The notes beneath the pieces are model-generated. The model worked only from the letters and a program-made list of their open reading frames with translations. It was not told where the DNA came from and searched no databases. A DNA stretch of 64,000 bases. Origin: Nitrospirota bacterium. GTDB taxonomy: Bacteria > Nitrospirota > Thermodesulfovibrionia > Thermodesulfovibrionales > Dissulfurispiraceae. This document shows positions 41,156-51,136 of the stretch, in pieces (position 1 is the first letter of the stretch; every line of letters begins with the position of its first letter). A program made the position numbers and the translations under genes. The stretch spans positions 1 through 64,000 of the forward strand of contig CAVPZX010000009.1 in the NCBI GenBank assembly GCA_963710375.1. The letters are read 5' to 3'.

Positions 41156-42301
41156 TCACTTTTCACGCTTCAAGAGTTTTGTGCGCTTGTAAAAAAAAGG
41201 TTTCAAAACCTTTAATCCGACAACTCCTGCTACAGGTTTGACCAGCCACGACGCGACGTCCCTGCTCCCCAGGCACCGCTTGCAATAAGGGTGCTCAAGC
41301 CTGTAGTGTCTGAAGCCTTCGACTATTTTCCCAAGCCTGTCAGATGAAAGTATCTCTTCCAGCGATGAGTCATAAAGGTTTCCCACTTTCGTATTTCCGT
41401 CAAAATCCATGCAGCAGAGTACTACATCGCCGTTATAGAGAATGCCAAAGTGGTCGCGCATCCCGAAACAGTAACCGCCCCAGGCTTCACGAATTTTTTC
41501 ACCCTCAAATGCATGTCCCCAATCATCCAGCACATATGTTTCGAAAAAAACATTCGGGTATATTTCAACCACATTCCATTTGTAGGACACAAGGTTTTCG
41601 ATGCCCCGCATTGCCGCATCCCGGTCTTCCTGCGCAACTCCTAACAGTTCATATATACGCCCGGCCCAGAAAGCGAATGTCTTCCTTAGTTCTTCTGAGG
41701 AGGAGATGACATTTATCATGCCTATCCTGTCCTCCATTGCTTTTTTCCTGAAACGGGTATTTAAAAACCGGAATTTAAATACGGTATCCCTGTGTTTCAC
41801 ATGGTATGCCCGGAAGAATTCGAGTATGCCCTCAAGGTAGGATTCAAAGGTCCTGGTCCCGGCCTTCCTGTAAGCGAACGAACGTTCATCGGGTGTCTGG
41901 AGTGAAATATCAATCTGGTGGAGCTCATAATCGAGGAGCCGCCTGCCTATCTCACCACCGAGACCTCCCCCATTGGTAGTAAGTCCGACGTTCATCTTTT
42001 GCCTTTTTGCATGGTCAAGTATCTCGAAAAAGTCCTTATGCAGCGTCGGCTCGCCCATGACATGAAAAGTGATCTTTTCACAGATGTTGCGGGCCTTGAG
42101 TTCAGTAATAATCTCTTTGGCAAGCCCTGTCTGCATGTAGCCGTAGGGCCGTTTCATTGCAGACTTGGGGCAAAAGATGCAATTGAAATCACAAATATTA
42201 GTCAGCTCAATATGTACGCGCTTGAGCGGGATTTCTATGTGCCCGAATGTTTTCATGACATATTTATTATACCTTATGACAGACTTTTCCATAAATTGCA
42301 T
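41156..42301 (-). CDS. Radical SAM protein with SPASM/twitch-like domain
   Basis: ELTNICDFNCIFCP, MGEPTLH, C...GDVVLCCMD...CKRC; start uncertain. Confidence 0.85.
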   Translation of the reverse strand: MQFMEKSVIRYNKYVMKTFGHIEIPLKRVHIELTNICDFNCIFCPKSAMKRPYGYMQTGLAKEIITELKARNICEKITFHVMGEPTLHKDFFEILDHAKRQKMNVGLTTNGGGLGGEIGRRLLDYELHQIDISLQTPDERSFAYRKAGTRTFESYLEGILEFFRAYHVKHRDTVFKFRFLNTRFRKKAMEDRIGMINVISSSEELRKTFAFWAGRIYELLGVAQEDRDAAMRGIENLVSYKWNVVEIYPNVFFETYVLDDWGHAFEGEKIREAWGGYCFGMRDHFGILYNGDVVLCCMDFDGNTKVGNLYDSSLEEILSSDRLGKIVEGFRHYRLEHPYCKRCLGSRDVASWLVKPVAGVVGLKVLKPFFYKRTKLLKREK

Positions 42302-42355
42302 AACATTTCTGCCTTGTGTTAGTATATTTACATTTAATTTAGAGGAGAGTGTTTT

Positions 42356-42823
42356 ATGGAAGAGAAGATACAGGCGCTAATAAAAGATTTCAGAGAACAC
42401 GAGGGGAATATAGTCTCCCTTTTGCAGGAAACACAGGAAGCATTCGGGTACGTTCCGGAAGAAGCGGTTTTTCGTCTTTCAAAAGAGCTTGACATTCCTG
42501 CAAGCAACTTCTTCGGCGTCGCCACTTTCTATGCCCAATTTTACCTCAAACCGAGAGGGAAAAATATTATTACCGCCTGTTGCGGCACCGCCTGCCACGT
42601 AAAAGGCTCAGAACGACTGATAAACAATCTAAAGGAAAGCCTGCACCTGACCGGTGAGGAAAACACCACCCCTGACATGAAATTTACCCTTGAGGAGGTA
42701 GCGTGTTTCGGCGCCTGCAGCATCGCGCCCGTGGTTATATTCAACAAAAAAGTACACGGCAATATGACACTCGAAAAGGTAAATAAGGAAGTCAGGATGC
42801 TGAGGGGGGGCTCCCATGAATAA
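42356..42823 (+). CDS. NuoE/HydC-like [2Fe-2S] subunit of a formate dehydrogenase complex
   Basis: GVATFYAQF, CCGTACHVKG, VACFGACSIAP. Confidence 0.92.
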   Translation: MEEKIQALIKDFREHEGNIVSLLQETQEAFGYVPEEAVFRLSKELDIPASNFFGVATFYAQFYLKPRGKNIITACCGTACHVKGSERLINNLKESLHLTGEENTTPDMKFTLEEVACFGACSIAPVVIFNKKVHGNMTLEKVNKEVRMLRGGSHE

Positions 42824-45800
42824 AAACATAACGGTGAAGGTATGCATGGGGACCGGAGGTATAGCCGCCGGCGGCGCTGAAGTGCTTCAGGCATTTCAAT
42901 CAATAATGGCAGAAAAAAACATCTCTGCCGAGTTCAAGAAAGGGTGCCACATGCACAAAGTGGGATGCCGCGGGTTCTGTGCGAGGGACGTTCTTGTGGA
43001 CGTCATTGTTGATGACCAGAGGACTACCTACCAGTATATACAGCCCGTAATGGTTCAGCGGATTATCGATGACCATATTATCGGCGGCAGTCCGGTCGCA
43101 GCATGGCAGGTAACGGAAGAATACCACAGATTCCACGGGAAACAGGTGAAGGTGGTCTTATCGGATTGCGGCCATATTGATCCTGAAGACATCGAAGCCT
43201 ACCGCTCAGTAGACGGTTATTCCGCTGTTGAAAAAGTGTTCTCATCAATGACTCCTGCGGAAGTCATTGATGTAATGAAAAAATCGGGACTGCGCGGCCG
43301 CGGAGGCGCCGGCTTCCCGACAGGCGTTAAATGGGAGGCCTGCCAAAAAGCCCCTGGTGATCAGAAATACATTATCTGCAATGCCGATGAGGGCGATCCC
43401 GGGGCCTTTATGGACCGGGCTGTTATAGAGGGGAACCCTCACGCTGTAATAGAGGGAATGGCAATAGGAGCCTATGCCATCGGCGCAACACAGGGATATG
43501 TATATATACGGGCTGAATATCCGCTTGCTGTGGAGCGGTTGAAAAAGGCAATTACATCGGCACGGGGAAAAGGATACCTGGGTAAAAATCTTTTCAATAA
43601 AGGATTTGATTTCGATATTAAGATAAAGCTCGGCGCTGGAGCTTTTGTGTGCGGTGAGGAAACTGCTCTCATCGCCTCTATTGAGGGGCAGCGTGGAATG
43701 CCAAGGGCAAAGCCACCCTTCCCTGTCCACAAAGGATTATGGGGTAAGCCGACAGTCATAAACAACGTCGAGACACTGGCAAACATCCCTTACATTCTCA
43801 GGAAGGGAGCCGACTGGTTTTCGTCCTACGGAACGGAAAAATCAAAAGGCACCAAGGTCTTCGCTCTTACCGGCAAAGTGAAGAATACCGGACTTGTCGA
43901 AGTGCCCATGGGCATTGCCCTCAGAGAGATCATCTATGATATCGGCGGCGGGACAGAAAATAACAAGAAAGTGAAGGCGGTCCAGACAGGCGGCCCATCG
44001 GGAGGCTGCATCCCTGCCGACATGCTGGACCTCACCGTGGATTACGAGTCACTCGCAAAGGTCGGCTCTATTGTCGGTTCGGGCGGCATGGTTGTCCTCG
44101 ATGAAGATAACTGCATGGTAGATGTGACAAAGTATTTCCTTAACTTTACCCGGAACGAGTCATGTGGGAAATGCGTTCCCTGCAGGATCGGCACCAAACG
44201 TCTCCTGGAAATTCTCGACAGGATAACCAAGGGGCTCGGCAAAGAGGGTGACCTTGAGCTTATAGAAAAACTGAGCAATGACATAAAAGCCACATCGCTT
44301 TGCGGACTTGGGCAGACCGCTCCCAATCCGGTACTGAGCACCCTTAAGTATTTCAGGCATGAGTATGAAGAGCACATAAAAAATAAAAGGTGTCCTTCGC
44401 TCGCCTGCAAGGAGATAGTATCGTCGTCCTGTCAGCATACCTGTCCGATAGGTACCGAGGCCTCGGTTTACGCCGCCTTGATTGCTCAAGGGCGCTTTGA
44501 AGAGGCCATTCAAGTCATAAGAAAGGGGAACCCCCTGGCAAGTGTCTGCGGGCGGGTTTGCCATCATCCGTGCGAATCAAAGTGCAAGGCCGCTGAATCA
44601 GGTAAACCAATCGCTGTGAGGGCACTGAAGAGGTTTGCCGCGGATTATGCGCACGAAAAGGGCATTCAGGTGCAGTTCCCGAAGGAGGGAAGGAAGGAAC
44701 AGAAGGTCGCTGTTGTGGGCTCCGGACCCGCAGGCTTGACCGCGGCTTATTTCCTTTCTCTAAAAGGATATGATGTCACGGTCTTTGAGGCAAAACCCGT
44801 GGTGGGCGGAATGCTAAGAGTGGCGATACCCGAATACCGCCTGCCCCGCGAGGCCTTTGATATCGACGTCGATTTCATGGCGAACGCCGGGGTAAAATTC
44901 CAGACAGATACTGTACTGGGGAAGGACATTTCAATTGACAGCCTTTTCGAAGAGGGATATAAGGCCATATTTGTAGCTATCGGCTCACATAAATCGATGA
45001 AACTCGGAATACCGGGTGAAGATACTGAGGGTGTAATGCCTTCGCTGGCATTCCTCGAAGCTCTGCATCTTTGTAAAGAGTTGCATCCCGGCAAAAGGGT
45101 AGTGGTGGTTGGAGGCGGCAACTCGGCGGTAGATTCGGCCAGGGCCGCGTATCGTATGGAAGGCGTAGAGAAGGTCATCTTACTGTACAGAAGGACCCGC
45201 TCGGAGATGCCCGCATTTAAGGATGAAGTTGATGCTGCTCTGGAAGAGGGTATCGACATTCAATTCCTGACTGCGCCAACCAGGATTATAAGCAAGAACG
45301 GCAAATTCAATGGCGTGAGCTGCATCCGCATGAAACTGGGAGATGCAGATAAGAGTGGGAGGGCAAGGCCAGTCCCAATTGAAGGTTCTGAGTTTACCAT
45401 TGAAGCAGACACGCTCATTGCAGCAATCGGGGAAAAACCTGATACATCCTGCATTGATGAAACCTCGAAGATCGCGGTCTCCGCAAGAAGCACTCTGGTC
45501 GTTGATCCTGATACCCTTGCAACAGCCAGAGAAGGCGTCTTTGCCGGCGGCGATGCAGTGACTGGACCGAATACGGTTGTCTGGGCAATGCACGCCGGGA
45601 AAAAGGTGGCTGAATCGATCGACAGGTATCTCAGCGGAGAAACTTTGCCTATAAGGCATGAGTTAACAAGACCCTCCCGTTATATAGAACCTGTCGAGTT
45701 GACCGATGAGGAGATCATGGAGTTAGAGCGCCCTGAAATGCCGTCTCTTTCCCCGGAAGAGAGAAGGAAGAATTTCAAGGAAGTGGACTTGGGGTTTACG

Positions 45801-45932
45801 GAGGAGATGGCGGTTAAAGAAGCCCGTAGATGCCTCAGATGTGAATTGAGCACATTGGATGGCCAGAACGCTGTCCAGGAAATGAAACGGAAGAAAGTAA
45901 AACAGATGGAGAAGGAGTTAAAGGCATGCTGA
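42816..45932 (+). CDS. NuoF/HydB-like NADH-binding subunit fused to a GltD/NfnB-like FAD/NADPH module
   Basis: GLRGRGGAGFPTG, NADEGDPGA, ESCGKCVPCR; then CQHTCP, CGRVCHHPCE, GSGPAGL, GGGNSA, YRRTR, EARRCLRC. Confidence 0.9.
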   Translation: MNKNITVKVCMGTGGIAAGGAEVLQAFQSIMAEKNISAEFKKGCHMHKVGCRGFCARDVLVDVIVDDQRTTYQYIQPVMVQRIIDDHIIGGSPVAAWQVTEEYHRFHGKQVKVVLSDCGHIDPEDIEAYRSVDGYSAVEKVFSSMTPAEVIDVMKKSGLRGRGGAGFPTGVKWEACQKAPGDQKYIICNADEGDPGAFMDRAVIEGNPHAVIEGMAIGAYAIGATQGYVYIRAEYPLAVERLKKAITSARGKGYLGKNLFNKGFDFDIKIKLGAGAFVCGEETALIASIEGQRGMPRAKPPFPVHKGLWGKPTVINNVETLANIPYILRKGADWFSSYGTEKSKGTKVFALTGKVKNTGLVEVPMGIALREIIYDIGGGTENNKKVKAVQTGGPSGGCIPADMLDLTVDYESLAKVGSIVGSGGMVVLDEDNCMVDVTKYFLNFTRNESCGKCVPCRIGTKRLLEILDRITKGLGKEGDLELIEKLSNDIKATSLCGLGQTAPNPVLSTLKYFRHEYEEHIKNKRCPSLACKEIVSSSCQHTCPIGTEASVYAALIAQGRFEEAIQVIRKGNPLASVCGRVCHHPCESKCKAAESGKPIAVRALKRFAADYAHEKGIQVQFPKEGRKEQKVAVVGSGPAGLTAAYFLSLKGYDVTVFEAKPVVGGMLRVAIPEYRLPREAFDIDVDFMANAGVKFQTDTVLGKDISIDSLFEEGYKAIFVAIGSHKSMKLGIPGEDTEGVMPSLAFLEALHLCKELHPGKRVVVVGGGNSAVDSARAAYRMEGVEKVILLYRRTRSEMPAFKDEVDAALEEGIDIQFLTAPTRIISKNGKFNGVSCIRMKLGDADKSGRARPVPIEGSEFTIEADTLIAAIGEKPDTSCIDETSKIAVSARSTLVVDPDTLATAREGVFAGGDAVTGPNTVVWAMHAGKKVAESIDRYLSGETLPIRHELTRPSRYIEPVELTDEEIMELERPEMPSLSPEERRKNFKEVDLGFTEEMAVKEARRCLRCELSTLDGQNAVQEMKRKKVKQMEKELKAC

Positions 45933-48593
45933 ACCTAACTATAAACGGCAAGAAAATAACTGCGAGCGAGGGATCAACGGTTCTTGATGCTGCAAAAGCG
46001 TCAGGGATTTCGATCCCAACACTCTGCCATCATCCCAAGCTCACACCATTCGGCGGCTGCAGGCTCTGCATCGTGGAGATAAAGGGGATTCCTCGCCCCG
46101 TCACCTCGTGCACCACACCGGTAAGCGAAGGGATGGAGGTAACGACCTCATCGCCCAAAATCGAAGATTTGCGCAAAACCGTGCTGGAACTTATCCTTTC
46201 CGACCACCCAGCTGATTGCATGATATGCGAACGCGCAGGCGACTGCACACTGCAGGAAATGGCGTATTCTTACGGCATCAAGGAAAACAGGTTCGCCGGG
46301 GAGAGAAGGGTTTACGCAAAAAAGGACGCCAATCCGTTTCTCGAAAGGGACATGGAGAAGTGCATCATGTGCGGAAGATGTGTAAAGGTCTGCGACGAGG
46401 TGCAGGGCGTGGGAGCCATTGACTTTGCTTACAGGGGTTTTAAATCAAAAGTATGCCCGCCGTATGAGAAGCAGCTTGATTGCGAATTCTGCGGTCAATG
46501 TGTATCTGTGTGCCCCACCGGGGCGCTTACCGGTAAGATGTGGTCTCAGAGAGGACGGCAGAAAGACGTAAAAGAAACTGATACGGTCTGCGCCTATTGC
46601 GGCACGGGTTGCAATATAACGCTTAATGTAAAGGACAATAAAGTCATACGGGTCACTTCAAAACCGGATACATGGAATGAGGGCTGGCTGTGCGTAAAAG
46701 GGAGGTTCGGATACGGATTCATCAACAGCCCCGACCGCCTTACAAAACCTCTCATCAAGAGGGATGGCAGGTTTGAAGAAGCCTCGTGGGAAGAGGCTTA
46801 CGAATGCGCTGCAAAAAGGCTGAACAATATAAAAACAGCCCACGGTCCCGATGCGATCGGCGGATTATCTTCAGCGCGTTGCACCAACGAAGAAAATTAC
46901 GCCTTTCAAAAAATGATCAGGGCTGCGGTGGGAACGAATAATGTCGACCACTGCGCCCGTCTCTGACACGCGCCAACCGTGGCCAGTTTGGCCGCAATAT
47001 TCGGTTCCGGCGCAATGACCAACTCCATTAAAGAAATAGAAAATATGGAGGTGATTTTCATTATCGGCTCCAACACAAAGGAGACGCATCCGGTCATAGC
47101 AAATTGGATGATCAAGGCGTACAGAAAAGGGGCCAAAATAATAGTGGCTGATCCCCGTATGGTGCCGATGACCCGTTTTGCCGATACTGTGCTGAACCTG
47201 AAACCGGGCACGGATATCGCCCTGATCAGCGCAATTGCCCATGTCATCATTAAAGAAGGTCTTCATGACAAAGCCTTTATTGAAGAGAAAGCTGAGGGCT
47301 TTGAAGAAATGAAGAGATCGGTCGAAAAATATACTCCCGAATATGCTGAAAAAATAACCGGCATAAGCAAAGACGCTATCATAAGGGCAGCCCGTCTTTA
47401 CGGCAGCTCACGGAAGGCCGCCATTTTCTACACAATGGGAATAACCCAGCATACCTGCGGCACTGAGAATGTCAACGCGGCTGCAAACCTGGCGATCCTC
47501 ACAGGCAATATCGGGAGGGAATCTACCGGAGTGAACCCCCTAAGGGGACAAAATAATGTCCAGGGTGCATCAGATGCGGGTTGCCTGGCGAATGTTTACC
47601 CGGGATACCAAAAAGTGGACGCTCCTGAAACAAAGGCGAAGTTTGAGAAGGCATGGGGCGTGCCTCTCTCTCCGAAGCCGGGACTAACGGCAACAGAAAT
47701 GATACCTGCAGCCCTTGAAGGAAAATTAAAGGCGATGTATATAATGGGAGAAAACCCGGTCATTACCGACCCAAATACCCACCATACAGTAGATGCCCTG
47801 GATAAACTCGATTTTCTGGTCGTGCAGGACATCTTTTTGACCGAGACAGACTGCCCTGGCAGATGTGGTATTCCCGTCAACCTGCTTTGCTGAAAAAGAC
47901 GGCACATTCAGCAATACTGAAAGAAAGGTCCAGAGAGTGCGGAAGGCGGTTGAGCCGCCGGGTGAAGCGCGGGCCGACCTCTCCATAATCATGGAAATGT
48001 CAAAAAGGCTCGGGTATACAATGGACTATAAATCCCCTGAAGATGTCCTGATCGAGTTCGGACAGGTATGGCCAAACCTTGCAGGGATAACGTACCAGCG
48101 TATTGATAGGGAAGGCATTCAGTGGCCATGCCCTGACCGTAACCACCCGGGGACCCCTTATTTATACAAGGCCGGGTTCCCTAAAGGGAAAGTACGTTTC
48201 TCTCTTGTGCCCTTCACAAACCCTGACGAGTCAACTGATAAGGAGTATCCTTTTGTACTGACCACCGGAAGGAATCTGTACCAGTATCATTCCGGCTCTA
48301 TGACCAGACGTGTGGCCCAGATCGAGGCTCACGCCGGCGAACCCTATGTGGAGATCAGCCCCATAAACAGCAAGAATCTCCACATCAAAAACGGGGACAT
48401 GTTGGTCGTTACGTCACGCCGCGGCAGCATCAGAATAAAAGCACGGGTTACGTCAATGGTGCAGGAAGACACGGTATTCATTCCCATGCATTACCACGAG
48501 GCAGCGGCAAATGTTATAACAAATGATGCCCTCGATGCCACCTGCAAAATACCTGAATTTAAGGTGTGTGCGGTGAAAATAGAAGCGGCTTAA
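45926..48593 (+). CDS. fdhF: Formate dehydrogenase alpha subunit (Mo/W-bisPGD) with selenocysteine at TGA 46964-46966; frameshift near 47850
   Basis: N-terminal Fe-S domains, CAYCGTGC, NNVDHCARL-U-HAPTVA, PLRGQNNVQG, C-terminal KIPEFKVCAVKI. Confidence 0.9.
46967..47013 (+). promoter_or_regulatory. Bacterial SECIS element
   Basis: Upper stem-loop GTGGCCA-GTT-TGGCCGC (46979-46995) starting 12 nt after the in-frame TGA; lower stem GCGCCAACCG/CGGTTCCGGCGC. Confidence 0.72.
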
Positions 48594-48602
48594 TGCAGGC
48601 AA

Positions 48603-48655
48603 GAGGTTATGGGCAATAGGAAAAGACTTTTCTTTACTTATAGCCCATCGCCTGT
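48603..48655. repeat. Degenerate heptamer hairpin (GGCAATA family)
   Basis: GGTTATGGGCAATAGG...CTTATAGCCCATCGCC. Confidence 0.5.
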
Positions 48656-48670
48656 TTTTTGGAGTATTTT

Positions 48671-49192
48671 ATGATTACTGGAAGACCCTTATTTACTACC
48701 GAGCAAATACATGAGAAGGTCGTTGAATTAGCCGGGGCAATATACCGCGACTATAAGGGGAAGGAAGTCCTCGCAGTCGGGATACTGAAAGGAGCGTTTA
48801 TTTTTTTCGCAGATCTCATCAGGGCCCTGAACCTTCCTGTTACTGTAGATTTCATTGTCGCTTCGAGCTATTTTAAAAATGTTACCACAGGTGAAACTAC
48901 CGTATATTATGAGCCCAGGGAGACTGTTCAGGGAAAGAACGTCCTGCTGATAGACGATATAATTGATACGGGGATCTCACTTAATTACATACGGGAGAAA
49001 ATCTTGTCGCTGAGACCCGAGAGTCTCAAAATTTGCGTACTGCTCGATAAAAAAGAAAGACGCATCACTAACGTGCCGGTGGATTATGTGGGATTTAATA
49101 TTCCCAACCAGTTCGTTGTGGGGTACGGCCTCGACTATGAAAACAGATACAGAAACCTGCCTTATATAGCCGCATTCAAAAAAGAAACTTAA
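48671..49192 (+). CDS. hpt: Hypoxanthine phosphoribosyltransferase
   Basis: GILKGAFIFFADL, LLIDDIIDTG, FVVGYGLDY...RNLPYI. Confidence 0.93.
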   Translation: MITGRPLFTTEQIHEKVVELAGAIYRDYKGKEVLAVGILKGAFIFFADLIRALNLPVTVDFIVASSYFKNVTTGETTVYYEPRETVQGKNVLLIDDIIDTGISLNYIREKILSLRPESLKICVLLDKKERRITNVPVDYVGFNIPNQFVVGYGLDYENRYRNLPYIAAFKKET

Positions 49193-49196
49193 AATA

Positions 49197-49295
49197 CAGG
49201 TTCAGGCTAAGGTTAAGGTTAAGAAAAATTTAGGACACAAGCAAGAGAGCTATTCCCCTGGCCTCAACCTCAACCTTAACCTGAACCTTAGCCTG
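49197..49295. repeat. Hexamer-repeat hairpin (AGGTTA)n...(TAACCT)n
   Basis: Lies between hpt and queD. Confidence 0.75.
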
Positions 49296-49314
49296 CCTTT
49301 TTTGGGAGGATTTT

Positions 49315-49686
49315 ATGTATGAATTGATGATAGAAACTGGTTTTGCCTCAGCGCATCAGCTTAGGGGATATAAAGGTAAATGTGAAAACCTGCATGGTCA
49401 CAACTGGAAAGTCCAGGTATTTGTGACCACTGACCGCCTTAATGAAATCGACCTGGCTATCGATTTTCACGAGCTGAAGCGGCTCACCAGCGAGCTGATT
49501 GCTCAAGTCGATCATACATGTCTGAATAATGTATTTCCCTTCACTGAAAGAAATCCATCTTCGGAAAATATCGCGCGGTGGGTATTCGAGTCGTTACGCA
49601 AAAGGCTGGCGGAATACAAGGTAAATGTGTCTGCGGTAACAGTGTGGGAATCTGAAACCGCGTCAGCAACATATTATGAAGAATAG
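49315..49686 (+). CDS. queD: 6-carboxytetrahydropterin synthase
   Basis: FASAHQL...CENLHGHNW...NPSSENIA...WESE. Confidence 0.93.
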   Translation: MYELMIETGFASAHQLRGYKGKCENLHGHNWKVQVFVTTDRLNEIDLAIDFHELKRLTSELIAQVDHTCLNNVFPFTERNPSSENIARWVFESLRKRLAEYKVNVSAVTVWESETASATYYEE

Positions 49687-49775
49687 GCAATGGGCAATAG
49701 GCTATAGGAAAGAGGTCATGAAACAACAAAAATCTTTTTCTTTTCCTATAGCCTATAGCCTATCGCCTATTGCCT
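49683..49775. repeat. Heptamer-repeat hairpin (GGCAATA/GGCTATA versus TATAGCC/TATTGCC)
   Basis: Lies between queD and pmbA. Confidence 0.75.
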
Positions 49776-49784
49776 GGTTTTGAT

Positions 49785-51119
49785 ATGGACCGGGCTTTCG
49801 CAGTAAAACTATTGGATATAGCCCTTGCACGGGGCGCTGATGAAGCCGAAGTATATATGAAAGCGTCAAAAAACCTCGGAATCGAGGTCAAAGGCCAAGA
49901 GATAGAGACGCTCGAATCCTCTATGACCGCAGGATACGGTGTCAGGGTAATCAAAAACAAACAGTTGGGGTTCTCTTATTCTACAGACCCCGCCGAAATG
50001 TCCAGTGTAGCGGATGCGGCGCTCTCTGTTGCCGGCTATGCAGAACCGGATGATAATCTTGGATTAGCTTTGCCGTTGCAGGCCAGTGGTGTAGATATCT
50101 TCGACAGACGCATAGCCTCAATCACAGAGGATGAAGCTATAGAGCACACCATGCGCATTGAGAAAGCGGCCCTCGATGCTGACGGGCGAATTAAGAAGAT
50201 CAGAAAGGCTGCAGGGGACTTCGGCACGAATGATACATATATTGTCAACTCAAAAGGCGTTGATGCCTTCTACAGTGCTACCGGCTGCTCGGCACATATT
50301 ACTGTAGTAGCCGAAGATGGCGCCGAAAGCCAGCTGGGCTACGACTACGAGGGGAGCAGATTTCTGGATGAGGCGTCATTTGGCCGGGTTGGGAGCAATG
50401 CAGCAAAAAAGGCACTCCAACTTCTCGGTGCAAAAAAAATCTCTCCCATAAAGGGATTCATTCTTCTCGATAGTTCGGTGGCCGTGGAATTCCTTGGCAT
50501 ATTAGCTTATGCGCTGTCGTCGGAATCCGTTCAAAAGGGCAAATCCATGCTCGCGGGAAAAAAAGAAGAGCAGGTGATGAGTCCGCTGCTGAATATAATT
50601 GATAATGGTCTGCTTGCCGGCAAGCTCGGCAGTAAGCCTTTCGATGGCGAGGGTGTGCCGACAACCCGCAAGGCATTGATTGAAAAGGGCGTGCTGACGG
50701 GCTTTTTATATAATATCTATACGGCCCGTAAAGAGGGCGTCCAATCTACCGGCAACGCTGCAAGAGGCGGAGCCTTCGGGCTCCCCGGTGTCGGACCTAC
50801 TAACCTTTATGTAGAGCCGTCATTACCGGAGCACGCGCAGGAATTCCAAAAGCTTCTGAAGTCCATTGACAAAGGCCTTTACGTAATTGAGACCATGGGC
50901 ATGCATACGGCAAATCCTGTATCTGGAGAATTCTCTGTCGGAATATCGGGGTTATGGATTGAAAACGGAGTAGTGCGCTACCCCGTGAAAGAGGCGGCGA
51001 TATCAGGGACCGTGCTGGAATTGTTCAGGCAAGCGGTTATGATTGGCGATGATTTAAGATTTTATGGTAACATAGGTGCTTCAAGTATTCTGATTGAGTC
51101 AATAGATATAAGCTGTTGA
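49785..51119 (+). CDS. pmbA: TldD/PmbA family protein, PmbA-like
   Basis: GADEAEVY, PFDGEGVPT, STGNAAR, NPVSGEFS. Confidence 0.85.
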   Translation: MDRAFAVKLLDIALARGADEAEVYMKASKNLGIEVKGQEIETLESSMTAGYGVRVIKNKQLGFSYSTDPAEMSSVADAALSVAGYAEPDDNLGLALPLQASGVDIFDRRIASITEDEAIEHTMRIEKAALDADGRIKKIRKAAGDFGTNDTYIVNSKGVDAFYSATGCSAHITVVAEDGAESQLGYDYEGSRFLDEASFGRVGSNAAKKALQLLGAKKISPIKGFILLDSSVAVEFLGILAYALSSESVQKGKSMLAGKKEEQVMSPLLNIIDNGLLAGKLGSKPFDGEGVPTTRKALIEKGVLTGFLYNIYTARKEGVQSTGNAARGGAFGLPGVGPTNLYVEPSLPEHAQEFQKLLKSIDKGLYVIETMGMHTANPVSGEFSVGISGLWIENGVVRYPVKEAAISGTVLELFRQAVMIGDDLRFYGNIGASSILIESIDISC

Positions 51120-51136
51120 AATACTGGAGGATGTTC

